A stretch of 63,179 bases of DNA, filler included, from Lenisia limosa (Eukaryota; Protista; Breviatea): NCBI GenBank assembly GCA_001655205.1. It is 12 parts of 12 records of this genome, joined end to end, with 100 filler letters (N's around TTAATTAATTAA, not from the genome) between each part and the next. Parts side by side here need not be neighbours in the genome. Positions count along the whole stretch, not along the records: positions 1 to 3,538 come from LPNZ01011047.1; positions 3,639 to 8,839 come from LPNZ01008956.1; positions 8,940 to 13,906 come from LPNZ01000666.1; 9 more parts are not named here. The stretch is one strand, 5' to 3'. Shown piece after piece: positions 1-11,438 of the stretch (its first letter is position 1; every line of letters begins with the position of its first letter). The notes beneath the pieces are model-generated. The model was not told where the DNA came from, ran no database searches, and worked only from the letters and a program-made list of their open reading frames with translations. A program made the position numbers and the translations under genes.

Positions 1-120
1 CATTTGGCTTTTTTTCACAGATAGAGGAAAATTCACAGATATATGGACGGTGTGATATATGATATATAGTAGCATTAACATTGTCCTCACAACGATCACA
101 TAAAATAGCCCCCCCTCCCT

Positions 121-3100
121 TCAGCCCACATCAAATGACTCGTCGTTAGTGCCTTGACGGCCAGTGGACTTGAGCATCGGCAGTCCACCACTGTTACTCT
201 TTGAGAGGTTCGAAGTGTTACTGATGTTCTTCGTGAAGCTCTCGGACATTTGCATTTGCTGGGGTGGGGGAAAGAGTTACGATGATTAAGAAATAGATAT
301 ACATGTAAATCAGTTGTTGAAAAGAAAAAGAGTTGATTAATAATAACAAAATATAGCTGGGGTACCTCCTCACCTGTTTGCTGTAAAAGTCTTGAACATC
401 GCCAGGGTTATGCAGCACCACTTTGTTGTCCTCCTGTAGCCACGGACCTATGGGATCAGGATTGTAAAGATACCTGAACAAGTAGAGGGGGGGGGGGGAA
501 NNNNNNNNNNNNNNNNNNNNNNNNNNNNNNNNNNNNNNNNNNNNNNNNNNNNNNNNNNNNNNNNNNNNNNNNNNNNNNNNNNNNNNNNNNNNNNNNNNNN
601 NNNNNNNNNNNNNNNNNNNNNNNTTAAGCTATATGGATGTTTATTTTCCAATTTCTAACGTGATTTGGATGGCTTTTGTCTGATACTTCCCCCCTCCCCC
701 ACATAAAACGTTCGTCTGCGACTCCTCAATAGCATGGCTCAGAAGCTGTGACGCCTCCTTTCGTTTGCCCTCAACTCGCCAAAGAAGCAGTGAAATCAGG
801 ACGGTCGCTTCGAGAGCTGAAGGGGTCAGGAATTCAACCTAAAAAAAAAAAAACTAAAAAAACCAAAAACGAACACCATCACTACACCACCTGAATAATA
901 ACCCAGAGTAATATGATACCCCCTCACCCATAATAGCACAGCCCGATGCTTCGGCGTCAGATCGCGCCGTTTCAAGGCGGTTCAAGATTGCGGGTGGTAC
1001 TTGACCGGATCTGAGGTTGGGGGGTTGGAATTGTGGATTGGAATTGCACATACCAGTATGAGTTAATTATTATAATAATAAAAACATTTGAAAATGGACT
1101 TCGCCATGGAGGTGAGGAAAAGAAAAGGCAACACAAATGACGCAAAAAATTACAACAAAAACGGTTTATGAGAACCTCGTATCAGTTTATGATCATATCA
1201 ACCCCCCCCCCCCCCCCCNNNNNNNNNNNNNNNNNNNNNNNNNNNNNNNNNNNNNNNNNNNNNNNNNNNNNNNNNNNNNNNNNNNNNNNNNNNNNNNNNN
1301 NNNNNNNNNNNNNNNNNNNNNNNNNNNNNNNNNNNNNNNNNNNNNAGAGCGCCAGCATGGCGTTGGAAGATGATGCGTTCATCATCAGCTGCAGAGCCTG
1401 ACGGCACTCATCAAAGCAGTCTGGGAGGTGAGGGAAGGGCACACAATCGGAATGAATAAGATCATTTTTTTGAGCAAGAAGGTATATGAAATACATCCAG
1501 GGAAACATAAGAATACATAGGGATATCATAAACAAATCACTATCATAAAAGTGTCAAAGGGCACATTAAAGAACCCCCCACCCCCCATACAGCCCTTCAC
1601 AAGGTTGGCGCGTATCTCCACGACCACTGCCAGGATTTCGTCGTAAGAGGTGGGTATGGATTTCGGGCTGGGCTTGGGGGGCTGCGGGAGTAAAATGGGA
1701 AACTAGAAAACAAAACAAAACAAAAACAAAAACAGAGACAAAAACCGGTTAAATGTACTTTGTTGGCTTGCGGGTTGAAAACAACAAGACATATACAGAC
1801 TATTATCCCTATTGTCAAGTGAATGACAGTGAAACGATGCCCCCCCCCCCTCAGACAATGATCGGGTTTTGGACAGGAGCCTTCTCAAACAGCGTTTTTG
1901 GTGCGGGAAGGGGCGACTGCAGAGGTAAGTCAGAAATACTGGTTTGAAAGGAGTAACGGGTGTTGTTTGAAGAAACAGTTTATGCTTTCACAATCCCCCC
2001 CACCTTCATCATCAAAGAGCAGCAGTTAGTTGGGGAGTCGCAGTTGGGGGATCGGAGTAGCGGTACCGCACCTACACCATCATGCTGGCATCCGACTGTA
2101 CAATCCCATGTTATGATAATGAGAGTGAGTACCTAGCTCAAGCATTGACTCCATTTCCACCATAACTTTGAGATGAACCTTTCAACATACTCCGAAACAT
2201 TCACTCACCCCCCCCCCNNNNNNNNNNNNNNNNNNNNNNNNNNNNNNNNNNNNNNNNNNNNNNNNNNNNNNNNNNNNNNNNNNNNNNNNNNNNNNNNNNN
2301 NNNNNNNNNNNNNNNNNNNNNNNNTCACATTCGATGCAGCTGAGGAAGTGGAGCGGGGTGGTGTAGGTCAGAGGCTCCTGTAGGCGCAGAAGGGTGTTGA
2401 TGGAACTGTCTTTGGAGATGGCTTGCTGGTGGCATGATAACAGATGAAAAAGTGGCATGATATGATAACAGATGAAAAAGTGGTATGCGAACAAATGAAA
2501 GTAAGTGGAAGGTGCGGGTATTCGAATCCCATGCTTAAGAAAAATGGGATCGCTGGAGTTTATTCTGACAGTTTAGGATGTCCATTAATTGGATATTGAA
2601 ATTATAGGTAACCCATATTCTTTTGTACTCCTAGATTAATTTATATTTTTTAACAAAGTTGTTGGAAATCACAAAGACACACTGCTCGCCCCTCACCTCA
2701 ATGACAGGTCTGAGATTCAGACACAAGCAAAGGTCGTGTAACACATAAGCTGCTCGATAGGCTCTTGAGAATGCCTCTACTTGAACCTGCCGGGGGGGGG
2801 GGGGNNNNNNNNNNNNNNNNNNNNNNNNNNNNNNNNNNNNNNNNNNNNNNNNNNNNNNNNNNNNNNNNNNNNNNNNNNNNNNNNNNNNNNNNNNNNNNNN
2901 NNNNNNNNNNNNNNNNNNNNNNNNNNNNNNNNNNNNNNNNNNNNNNTGGAGGGATGGGGGGTCTTTGGTTGTGGTGATTGCGGAGAGAGAAGAATCAAAG
3001 CAGCATTTAATACCAAAAAAACAAACACAAAAAAAAATAATACCAAAAAACAAGGAGAAGGACAGCAAGCGTTAGCAAACAAACATCACATTTTAAACCC

Positions 3101-3180
3101 ATTTACCTCCACCAAATCGCACTTCTCCGCTCGTAGGAGGCCAAGCTTCATGGACATTCGTGCCGTTGAGATTTCGCCCT
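121..3180 (-). CDS. Multi-exon hypothetical protein, 5'-truncated
   Basis: Minus-strand exon-like blocks with plausible splice sites: GEISTARMSMKLGLLRAEKCDLVE (~3110-3180), VQVEAFSRAYRAAYVLHDLCLCLNLRPVIE (~2700-2785), FRYLYNPDPIGPWLQEDNK (~375-478), last exon ...NDESFDVG* ending at 121. No family recognised. Confidence 0.5.
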
Positions 3181-3582
3181 AAGAGGTCAANNNNNNNNNN
3201 NNNNNNNNNNNNNNNNNNNNNNNNNNNNNNNNNNNNNNNNNNNNNNNNNNNNNNNNNNNNNNNNNNNNNNNNNNNNNNNNNNNNNNNNNNNNNNNNNNNN
3301 NNNNNNNNNNNNNNNNNNNNNNNNNNNNNNNNNNNNNNNNNNNNNNNNNNNNNNNNNNNNNNNNNNNNNNNNNNNNNNNNNNNNNCACGAACCGTATAAT
3401 ATGAAACTCCAAACAAAAAACAAAAAAATAACAAGCAATTACACGAGCAACCAACGTTAAAACCAGACAAATAACCAGATGACAAAAGCATCAAAACTTA
3501 AAGTATCAGAAATTGATAATCTATACATACACTGCCTANNNNNNNNNNNNNNNNNNNNNNNNNNNNNNNNNNNNNNNNNNNN

Positions 3583-3594
3583 TTAATTAATTAA
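3583..3594. other. Artificial scaffold linker TTAATTAATTAA within 44+44 N. Also at 8884, 13951, 16776, 18938, 23844, 29958, 42032, 47702, 49042 and 55758
   Basis: Identical palindromic 12-mer with stops in all six frames, always centred in N runs of the same length; 11 occurrences. Confidence 0.97.
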
Positions 3595-3666
3595 NNNNNN
3601 NNNNNNNNNNNNNNNNNNNNNNNNNNNNNNNNNNNNNNCATTTACCCCCCCCCCCCTCTCCCACAG

Positions 3667-4601
3667 GAGACAACCCACGAAGACGTCTGTACAGTGACAT
3701 GTACGGGTAATTTAGTGGCCTCAGTGGATTCGGTGCAGTGCTCTGGCCTGGTGTGGCCCTCAATGACTTGTTCGGAGTTGTCAACTGTGGGAGGTAATAT
3801 GATCAACATTTCATGCTTTAGCGTTTTCTCATCTCTATGTGTCGTTCTAAAATTCTCCCATTTTACTCCCCCCCCCCCCAGGAANNNNNNNNNNNNNNNN
3901 NNNNNNNNNNNNNNNNNNNNNNNNNNNNNNNNNNNNNNNNNNNNNNNNNNNNNNNNNNNNNNNNNNNNNNNNNNNNNNNNNNNNNNNNNTTCGTGTTCAC
4001 CTTTGCCGGCCTCATGTTCTGCGCGTCTGCAGGCCTTATTTACATGGCCGCCACCAAGAAGGACGAGGTGAGTTGCCTTATAAGGCAGGTCCGTATAAGG
4101 AAGGCCAGCACTTACCATATTAGGAAGCTCCACCCACTACCGAACTGAAGCCAGTCGAAGTTCCTGAAACCTCCAATGAGACCGTTTCCCCGGAGGGTGA
4201 GAAGGGGCTGTTTTTTTTTTGTCTTGGGAGCGTGATAATATCATAATATGTGCATATTTCCTTTGTATCCCTGGAACTGCCTGAGAGAGATAACCAGATC
4301 CATAAATTGGAAATCGCACCATAATATTTATTTATATACCCATTTACCCTATTAAATATAAAGCCTTCCTTATTCATATCAAATGTAATGATATCACTTC
4401 TACAGAAACTGTGAACAATGAAACTGTCACCGAAGTGGTCACAGTCGAGACTGAAACTGGTGGGAGCTACCAAATTAGGTCTCCTTTCTTATCATGTGTA
4501 TTTCGTCTTTTCCTCTAAATACGGCTATTTCTGACCTCCCTCCCCTTTTCCTCATATTTTCAGTGGTTGAAGAACCTGTAGCGGCAGAATCACAGGTGTA
4601 A
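3667..4601 (+). CDS. 3' part of a single-pass membrane protein: Cys-containing ectodomain end, TM helix, acidic Glu/Thr/Val tail
   Basis: Exons ETTHEDVCTVTCTGNLVASVDSVQCSG; FVFTFAGLMFCASAGLIYMAATKKDE (TM); EAPPTTELKPVEVPETSNE; ETVNNETVTEVVTVETET; VVEEPVAAESQV*. Splice phases of the tail exons are consistent. Confidence 0.6.
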
Positions 4602-4776
4602 CGCCTTAGTGTTCTTGGGATTATATGGTATTATAGTATTATTGTATTATTGTTTTCTTTGTTCTGAGTTCCTGGTGTGATGTACTTTCTGTGGTCTTCA
4701 ACCTTGACCTCCAGTCTCTTTTCACCAACCTTTGATATTTTTTGAATATGATATGATATAACCCATTCGAAACACA

Positions 4777-6260
4777 GTTACTGCTCCAGCCGGCCATTAT
4801 TGAAGGTTAGGAGTCTGTTGCTCTGAAATGCAAGATGTTCTAGGACACGAGCACCAGTCAATGTGATAGCAATTGTCAATTCGGATAGGTTTTTTGGTTG
4901 GGTCTTCTTTGGTAATCAAAAAATGATCAGCTCAAACAGCGCTAAACAATAAGTCATTGAATTGTTCCACCACAATAAATATGCAAATAAGTGAAGAGAA
5001 AACTGAGCGAGAAGAGTGCTGTGAGACTTGCAGTCAGCACGTGTGGATACGACATGGAAAAATGCAAGGGCCCCCGGCCTCCATGGCAAAAAAAGGACTG
5101 TACAAGGTTTTCCCCTCCTCCCAATGTGGATACCAACTTTTATGGCCCTGATGCCCCGGATGAAGTTGGGGTCAAGGATCTCTTCCCCAACGCCAACATA
5201 GATGATGGCATCACGAACAACGCTCCCCTGGAGTTAATAAGACGGAAGGCAGAAATGCGGGTGATTGCGAAGGCGAGCATACATCTCGATTAAATGATCA
5301 CTCTTGATGGCTTGAGTGTAGTCTTCGCCTGCGATCACCAACTTTTAATGATATTACAAACAATTTTGAGAAATTGCATTCCCTTATTGAAGTGTCTTCT
5401 CACATGCAGCTCCATGCATATGATAAATGATACTCTTATCACCTTATTGTCTATTCATGAATTTCCTATTCTGTGTTGTAAATAACCAACAATTGGAAAG
5501 TGCCCAATTTCCATAAAAATATCATCAGAATAAAACTACCTCATGGTTTATGTGATGTGTGAGACATTTGTAGCCAAGAAGGGAATTGCCGTACCTTCTC
5601 TTTAGTCTCCAGACCAAGGGTGACATTGCGTTGACTTAATTCCGTTTCAAAATCCTAAGTGACCATAAGTCAGCCATAATGCAAAGAAATTTATATATGA
5701 TATGTACATAGATCACAGAAAGTAGTAGAGAGTAGTATAGTGTCTTGCACTTTGGTAATCTCTTGCTACCTGTACATATGATCCATTATAGTATCATGAA
5801 ATTATTTTGTTTGCCTGCTATTTAGGGTCCACTTTTATAGTTTCATCTGCGCTTCCTTTTGAACAAATCAAATCGAATTCTGTTAACAATCACATTGATT
5901 CTTAATCTTTAGAAGCTGAGATGGACTTAACGTAAAATTAGCTGTGAAAGAGAGGGAACTGCATAAACTACCAATAAACCCCTCTGATTCTTCCCTTTGA
6001 GTAATTTTGACATTGGAGGACGGGCAAATTGGTGTTTCATTGGGTTGGGAAGATCTCCCTCCCCCTCCCCCAAGTTTCTCACTTTTCAAGCTGAAAGATG
6101 AACTATTTGAATTATCGCTCTTCTCTGTTCTTGCCACATCCCCCTTTTTCTTTCTCAGCGGAGCGGTCTTTTGTCTTTTAGAAAGAGTGAAAATGGGAAG
6201 CTCTGGGAAAATGGTTAGAATTCGTCTCGAGAAAATAAAAAAAGGCCATTTAACTTGAAC
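4777..6260 (-). CDS. Unresolved coding-like exons (hypothetical)
   Basis: One exon with clean splice sites (DFETELSQRNVTLGLETKEK, ~5595-5655) and several protein-like frames nearby; no consistent model and strand not certain throughout. Confidence 0.25.
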
Positions 6261-6378
6261 CCCGCTTCAATACACGGTTAACAATTTCAATTAATGAATT
6301 GTTGGTTATAATGATCCTAAATACCTGAAAATGTACATTGGACTTAGACTTAGATACCATAGAAACAATATCCATTAA

Positions 6379-8812
6379 TTACATGTTTTCGGAAATTTCC
6401 TGCTTATGTTTTCGGTTCTGCTTGTTGCGCACTCCTTNNNNNNNNNNNNNNNNNNNNNNNNNNNNNNNNNNNNNNNNNNNNNNNNNNNNNNNNNNNNNNN
6501 NNNNNNNNTGCGAACTAAGCACCATATCATATCCCCTGTCTGATGATAACGTGAAACCCTTTTACCATGTATATTTATACATAATATGTTATGAAAGGCA
6601 TGGCAATAGTTTTTATTCAAACTCGGTTTACCTTGTCTTGCGGATTTCTTGAAGTTCTGCGTACGTTGTTTTGACCTCAACTGAGCCTCAACCCGAGCCT
6701 ATTACGTAAGGGGTGGGGGGAGTTGCTTCAAAATAAAATATTACTAACTAATCTGGTGAGAGCCTGGGGGGGGGGGGNNNNNNNNNNNNNNNNNNNNNNN
6801 NNNNNNNNNNNNNNNNNNNNNNNNNNNNNNNNNNNNNNNNNNNNNNNNNNNNNNNNNNNNNNNNNNNNNNNNNNNNNNNNNNNNNNNNNNNNNNNNNNNN
6901 NNNNNNNNNNNNNNNNNNNNNNNNNNNNNNNNNNNNNNNNNNNNNNNNNNNNNNTATAAGCGTGATGATGTGGATTGCTTCGGCCATATACATCCTTATA
7001 TTTAATTTCTCATTGCTATGATAATAAAAAAAAGAGCCCTATTGCCCTCGCCTCCACCCTCCCCCATGGAGGAGAGGGCAGGGGACAGGTTACCCATAAT
7101 TCGGATTCCTTGCCGCAACCCTTTTTCTCACCTTGATTTCCTCAGGGGTCAGGTTTTGGCGGGCTCGACGACGCGCGTCTGTGGCGTCAGAAAAAAAAAA
7201 GGGGGGGGGGAGTAAAATTGGAAAATTTATGAAACTACTGATCTCCTAACGGTCTTTTTCGAACGAAGCGAGACCCTAAGACACCCTTCAAGAAAAAGAC
7301 AAGAGCTTCACTTTCGGTTCCAATAAAGATCAAACCTCGATAATATCGATATTTTCCTGGTCTTTCGGAACCGAAAGGGAAGCTCTAAAAACGACCCCCC
7401 CTCTCCTACTTCGAGTTGAGGCCTTCTTCGGCTTCTTAGTTTCTTCCTCCTCCACTTCTTCGGAATCGCTTTCTCCCTCGGACTACAAGGTGAGAAGTGT
7501 ATGGGCTGCCGATAGAGCTTCACTTCCGGTTCTAAGAGACTGACAAAATATCGATATTAGGATTCAGTCTTTTTCCGAACCGAAAGTGAAGCTCTGTTCA
7601 ACTACTATGGGCGCAAAATGTATGTTACAAAACGTTGAAATCTTGATAAATCCTAGCAAAAATTAAAATAGTTGTTTTGGTCCTCTAGAATAGGATATGC
7701 AAAATAGGTACTCGTTATTTTCTACTTAGCTGAAAGAGAGCAATTAATAATTGAGATGTTTGGGAAAAATCAAACCTATTGACCCCCCAAAAAGGATTAT
7801 CAGCCCTGCACGTTTCCTCCTCCTCATCATCGCTATTGCCTTGTTTGACTCTNNNNNNNNNNNNNNNNNNNNNNNNNNNNNNNNNNNNNNNNNNNNNNNN
7901 NNNNNNNNNNNNNNNNNNNNNNNNNNNNNNNNNNNNNNNNNNNNNNNNNNNNNNNNNNNNNNNNNNNNNNNNNNNNNNNNNNNNNNNNNNNNNNNNNNNN
8001 NNNNNNNNNNNNNNNNNNNNNNNNNNNNNNNNNNNNNNNNNNNNNNNNNNNNNNNNNNNNNNNNNNNNNNNNNNNNNNNNNNNNNNNTTATTTGTTATTT
8101 TCTGTACGGAAGGAGTGACAAAGCACACAATGAAGCGGAGGTAACTAAAAAAAACTCTATCCAAGCCACTGAAAATGAATGGTCATGGTATTATCCCCCT
8201 TAACCACTTACCAGATCGGTCTTCCGCCTCAACGTCGTCATCACTCTCATGAACGTCATGATTATCTAAAACGTCAAATGTGGTGATGCATGGAGTTTCA
8301 TCAGTACTTACATACATCTTTGAGCTTCATTTTTGATTAGCAAAGATGTAGAGTATCGATATTTCAAAATTCAGTCTTTTTTTGAACAATAAAGCTCTCT
8401 TTGAGGACGTTTTTGCTGGAGCTAGGGCTACTCTTCGGCTCCAAAAAGATTGAATTTCTCGATAAATCCTCGATAAGCTATCGATTTTTTACCGGTCTTT
8501 TTCGAACCGAAGTGAAGCCCTAGTTGAAGCAGTGCCCCCCCCCTCTCAAACAGTTTTCTTCGTCCTCTTCATCCTCTCCAAGGTTCTCCTTCTCCTTTTC
8601 ATTCTCAAGAGAAAGCTGAAGGGTGAGAATCTAAGAGAAAGCTAGATCAACAGTTTTTAAGAATAGCTGAAGAGATTCCAAGAGAAAACGAAATGCCAAC
8701 ACCCCACCTTATTGAAGTCTTCCTCGAACGTTTCACTGAAGCCGTATGCGTGAATCTCACAATCCAGTTTCTTCTCAATTCCGGCAGAGGCAATATCTGC
8801 GAACTTTGGGAT
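6379..8812 (-). CDS. RIOK2: RIO2-like atypical kinase, C-terminal part; kinase domain outside the segment
   Basis: DYIPKFADIASAGIEKKLDCEIHAYGFSETFEEDFNK resembles the post-kinase segment of RIO2 (P.F.DI....LDVEV.ASG). Acidic exons follow, then DARRRARQNLTPEEIK|ARVEAQLRSKQRTQNFKKSARQ|GVRNKQNRKHKQEISENM*, like the basic RIO2 tail. Recognised from memory, not by search. Confidence 0.62.
7303..7385. mobile_element. MITE family A copy (palindromic, TIR about GGGCTTCACTTCGGTTC)
   Basis: gagcttcactttcggttc...gaaccgaaagggaagctc inverted ends; second copy at 7515-7594. Confidence 0.75.
8425..8520. mobile_element. MITE family A copy flanked by TA on both sides
   Basis: ta|gggctactcttcggctcc...gaaccgaagtgaagccc|ta with core gataaatcctcgataa. 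Related copies at ~9085, 15135, 15835, 18207, 20965, 50340-50439, 53200 and 54538-54616. Confidence 0.8.
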
Positions 8813-9376
8813 GTAGTCTGGGGGGAGGGGGGAGAGAGTNNNNNNNNNNNNNNNNNNNNNNNNNNNNNNNNNNNNNNNNNNNNTTAATTAATTAANNNNN
8901 NNNNNNNNNNNNNNNNNNNNNNNNNNNNNNNNNNNNNNNCCCCAATATTTGTTGTGCAAAGCTGAACATATTACATTTATCCAGGTATGTTCTGAAACGG
9001 ATACTCAGCTTAAACTCTGGTCAATCGCGTCAGGAATTTTCACGGTTAGTATTTATCGATATGAGAGTTACAACAATTTTGAGCTCTTGTGCTTCCCTAT
9101 GGTCCCAAAAAATCTTGAATTTATCGATAAATCCTCGATAAATATCGATATTTTCAATGTCTGTTTGGGGCCAAAATGAATAATCAAGATGGCAACACGT
9201 GGACATGCTTCCCAACCAACCAACCATCGCCGAAAATCTCCAACTATCTTCTCAAGAGCCCCGGGTCTTTTCTGTCACTTACAATACTGGTTTGCTGCAA
9301 TACATGCCCAACAAACCAAGACATTCCGAGTTGTCCGCTGAGAGGATAGATTGATCATTTTTAATACTGCATTGGC

Positions 9377-9598
9377 ATGTCGAGGGAAACGTTGACAACG
9401 CCTGCGTTCCCTCGGTACAGAGTGTACACCCGTTTCGCTCCGTTAGACACGGCAGTTCGGCGGAGAAGGCTGGGTATTGTCAGAAGGAAGAAAAAGACCT
9501 TACCTCCCGAAAGGCCTAGAAGCGCTATAACGATAAGAAAAGCATATATAGCTTTGCTGAGGGAGGCTAAGACCTTCATCTATGAGAAGGAGCGCTAG
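9377..9598 (+). CDS. Short basic hypothetical ORF or terminal exon
   Basis: Protein-like 73-aa frame (RYRVYTRFAPLDTAVRRRRLG...); no family or splice support. Confidence 0.2.
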   Translation: MSRETLTTPAFPRYRVYTRFAPLDTAVRRRRLGIVRRKKKTLPPERPRSAITIRKAYIALLREAKTFIYEKER

Positions 9599-10100
9599 CT
9601 TCTCATGTTTAATGTTCGGATAATTTACATCTTCTTTCTCATGTTATATCTTGACTTTTAAGTTGCTTTATTGTTCTGGTTCTACTTGCTGATTATGAGG
9701 CACTTTTAGCTGTGATTTATAATTTTTCGTTTTTATAGGCATCTCAGTAAATGACTCCCCATGTACATTCCACTACCTTGTCCACTTTATTGTGCCCTTT
9801 TCATCATCATTCAATCATATCTTCAGTCGAACTGTCAAATATATAATTCCTAAATGATGCATTATGATTGACGATTTCTATAAACAAATACAGCAAGAAC
9901 GACGAAGTTCCTCTTCATAATAAATCTATATTCTCTTGCATAAAAACCCATGACAAACGCCCTGCAATGGAACATACCAGTAAACATGTATTAAAAGAGT
10001 GAGACGTGTAGGGGGAATTTTCGATCGATAGAAGAAACAAGGAAATGCTAATGTACATAGTGAAGTGAAAGCCATTTGACGCGAAAGGCGGGCGTTGAAG

Positions 10101-11148
10101 TTATTGTTGCGATGAAACGACGGGCTGGGGGGCAGCAACGGTCTGAGGCATCTGAGGAGCGGCGGCTCCACCCCACTTTCCAGCACCCTGGGGAGGAACT
10201 TGAGGAACTTGAGGAACCACTTGGGGAGCAGGGGCGGGGACGCCTGAAGGAGCGGGGACGCCAGCAGCGGAAGCAGCTTGGATCTCGTCCTTCTTCTTCT
10301 TATCCTTGGCAAGGATGAACTAAATCGGTTAGACCGGCTGGATTTACGGCAAAGAACATACTACAGACCAATTTAACGGTAAGAAGAAGAAGGAGAAGAG
10401 GAAGAAGACTTTTTTAATTAGGTGAAGGAACACTGTCAACGAACAGTGCCTTCTTGGTGCCTCATCTTGCTTACCTTGTTGATGTAGGGCATGACACCAC
10501 CTCCGACGATAGTAGCCTTAATCAACTGATCGAGCTCTTCATCCTCACGGATGGCAAGCTGGATATGACGGGGAGTAATACGCTTAGCCTAAACCAATCA
10601 GAGAAGTTTCCAAGAAGAGATAGAAAAAAGACTTCAGAAAAAAAAAGGCGCCAAACTCAAACCCACTCTGAAATCACGGGCACAGTTGCCAGCAAGCTCA
10701 AGAACCTCAGCGCAGAGGTACTCAAGGATAGCAGCGGTGTAGACGGCGGCAGTTGAACCAACACGACCCTTGTTGGGGACACGCTCCTTGAGGTAACGAT
10801 GGACACGACCGACAGGGAACTAAACAGTGCTTAGAAGGACGAGAGGGCGAAAAAGCAGGATCCAAGATTGACAGTTATAAAATTGGCGCCAAAAATAAAA
10901 CCTCCAAAATCTGCCCAAAACAGTGTTAAATAACAATATTAAGAACAAATCAAGGACTTAAACAGAAAAAATTGACATTTTTGAAGAACGGAAACCACAA
11001 ACCTGAAGGCCAGCACGCTGGGAACGGGAAAGACGATCCTTGTTATCAATTTCCTTAACCTAAACGAGATTAAAACAAGTAGCCGGCTTCAGAAAAAAAA
11101 AGTGATTTAAATGAAAGGTTAGATATGCATTTTTACCCTTAGTAACAT
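10101..11148 (-). CDS. H2A.Z: Histone H2A.Z-like variant with a long Pro/Gln/Ala/Val C-terminal extension
   Basis: Exons 11137-11148 (tentative MLLR), 11003-11059, 10667-10819, 10475-10588, 10101-10319, all phase 0. Translation ...SRSQRAGLQ|[51 protein letters not shown]|[38 protein letters not shown]|... carries the H2A.Z-type DEELDxLIKATIxGGGV motif. Confidence 0.93.
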
Positions 11149-11438
11149 TCCAATAATTCATTTTAGCGAAGGCCCTACTAACCATTTTTATTTGTAATAA
11201 CTCAATGAAGTAGAAAAAAATTGGCGCGAAATTTGGTGAAAGGTAACTGGATGACCAAAGTTCAGTTCAATCATTTACGAAATTAAATTGCTTTTCTTCT
11301 AGGGCTCACTTGGCTTTTTGGTTATCAAACTTCAACTACAGCCACTTGTATCTTGTCTTTATAATAGTGCTTTATATAGCTTGCGTTTACGAAATAACTT
11401 GTTTGTAAAGTTCTCCCCATCTTTTGTTTCCTTCTCAG

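Noticed and set aside
448-3494. ORFs in the track full of X (here and throughout the window)
   Set aside because: They are open only because N gaps contain no stops; the poly-G/P stretches come from intronic homopolymers.
3583-3594. Recurrent TTAATTAATTAA palindrome as a biological motif (e.g. piggyBac TTAA sites)
   Set aside because: Always centred in identical N padding, so it is an assembly or concatenation linker.
10101-10103. Genome-wide alternative genetic code (TAR=Gln or TGA=Trp)
   Set aside because: The conserved exons I translated (H2A.Z, GUK1, DTD1, SF1, S10 peptidase) read cleanly in the standard code, and the gene models end at TAA, TAG or TGA.
9926-10312. 128-aa ORF MPRIRRRR...
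   Set aside because: Off-frame reading of the last H2A.Z exon and its 3' UTR.
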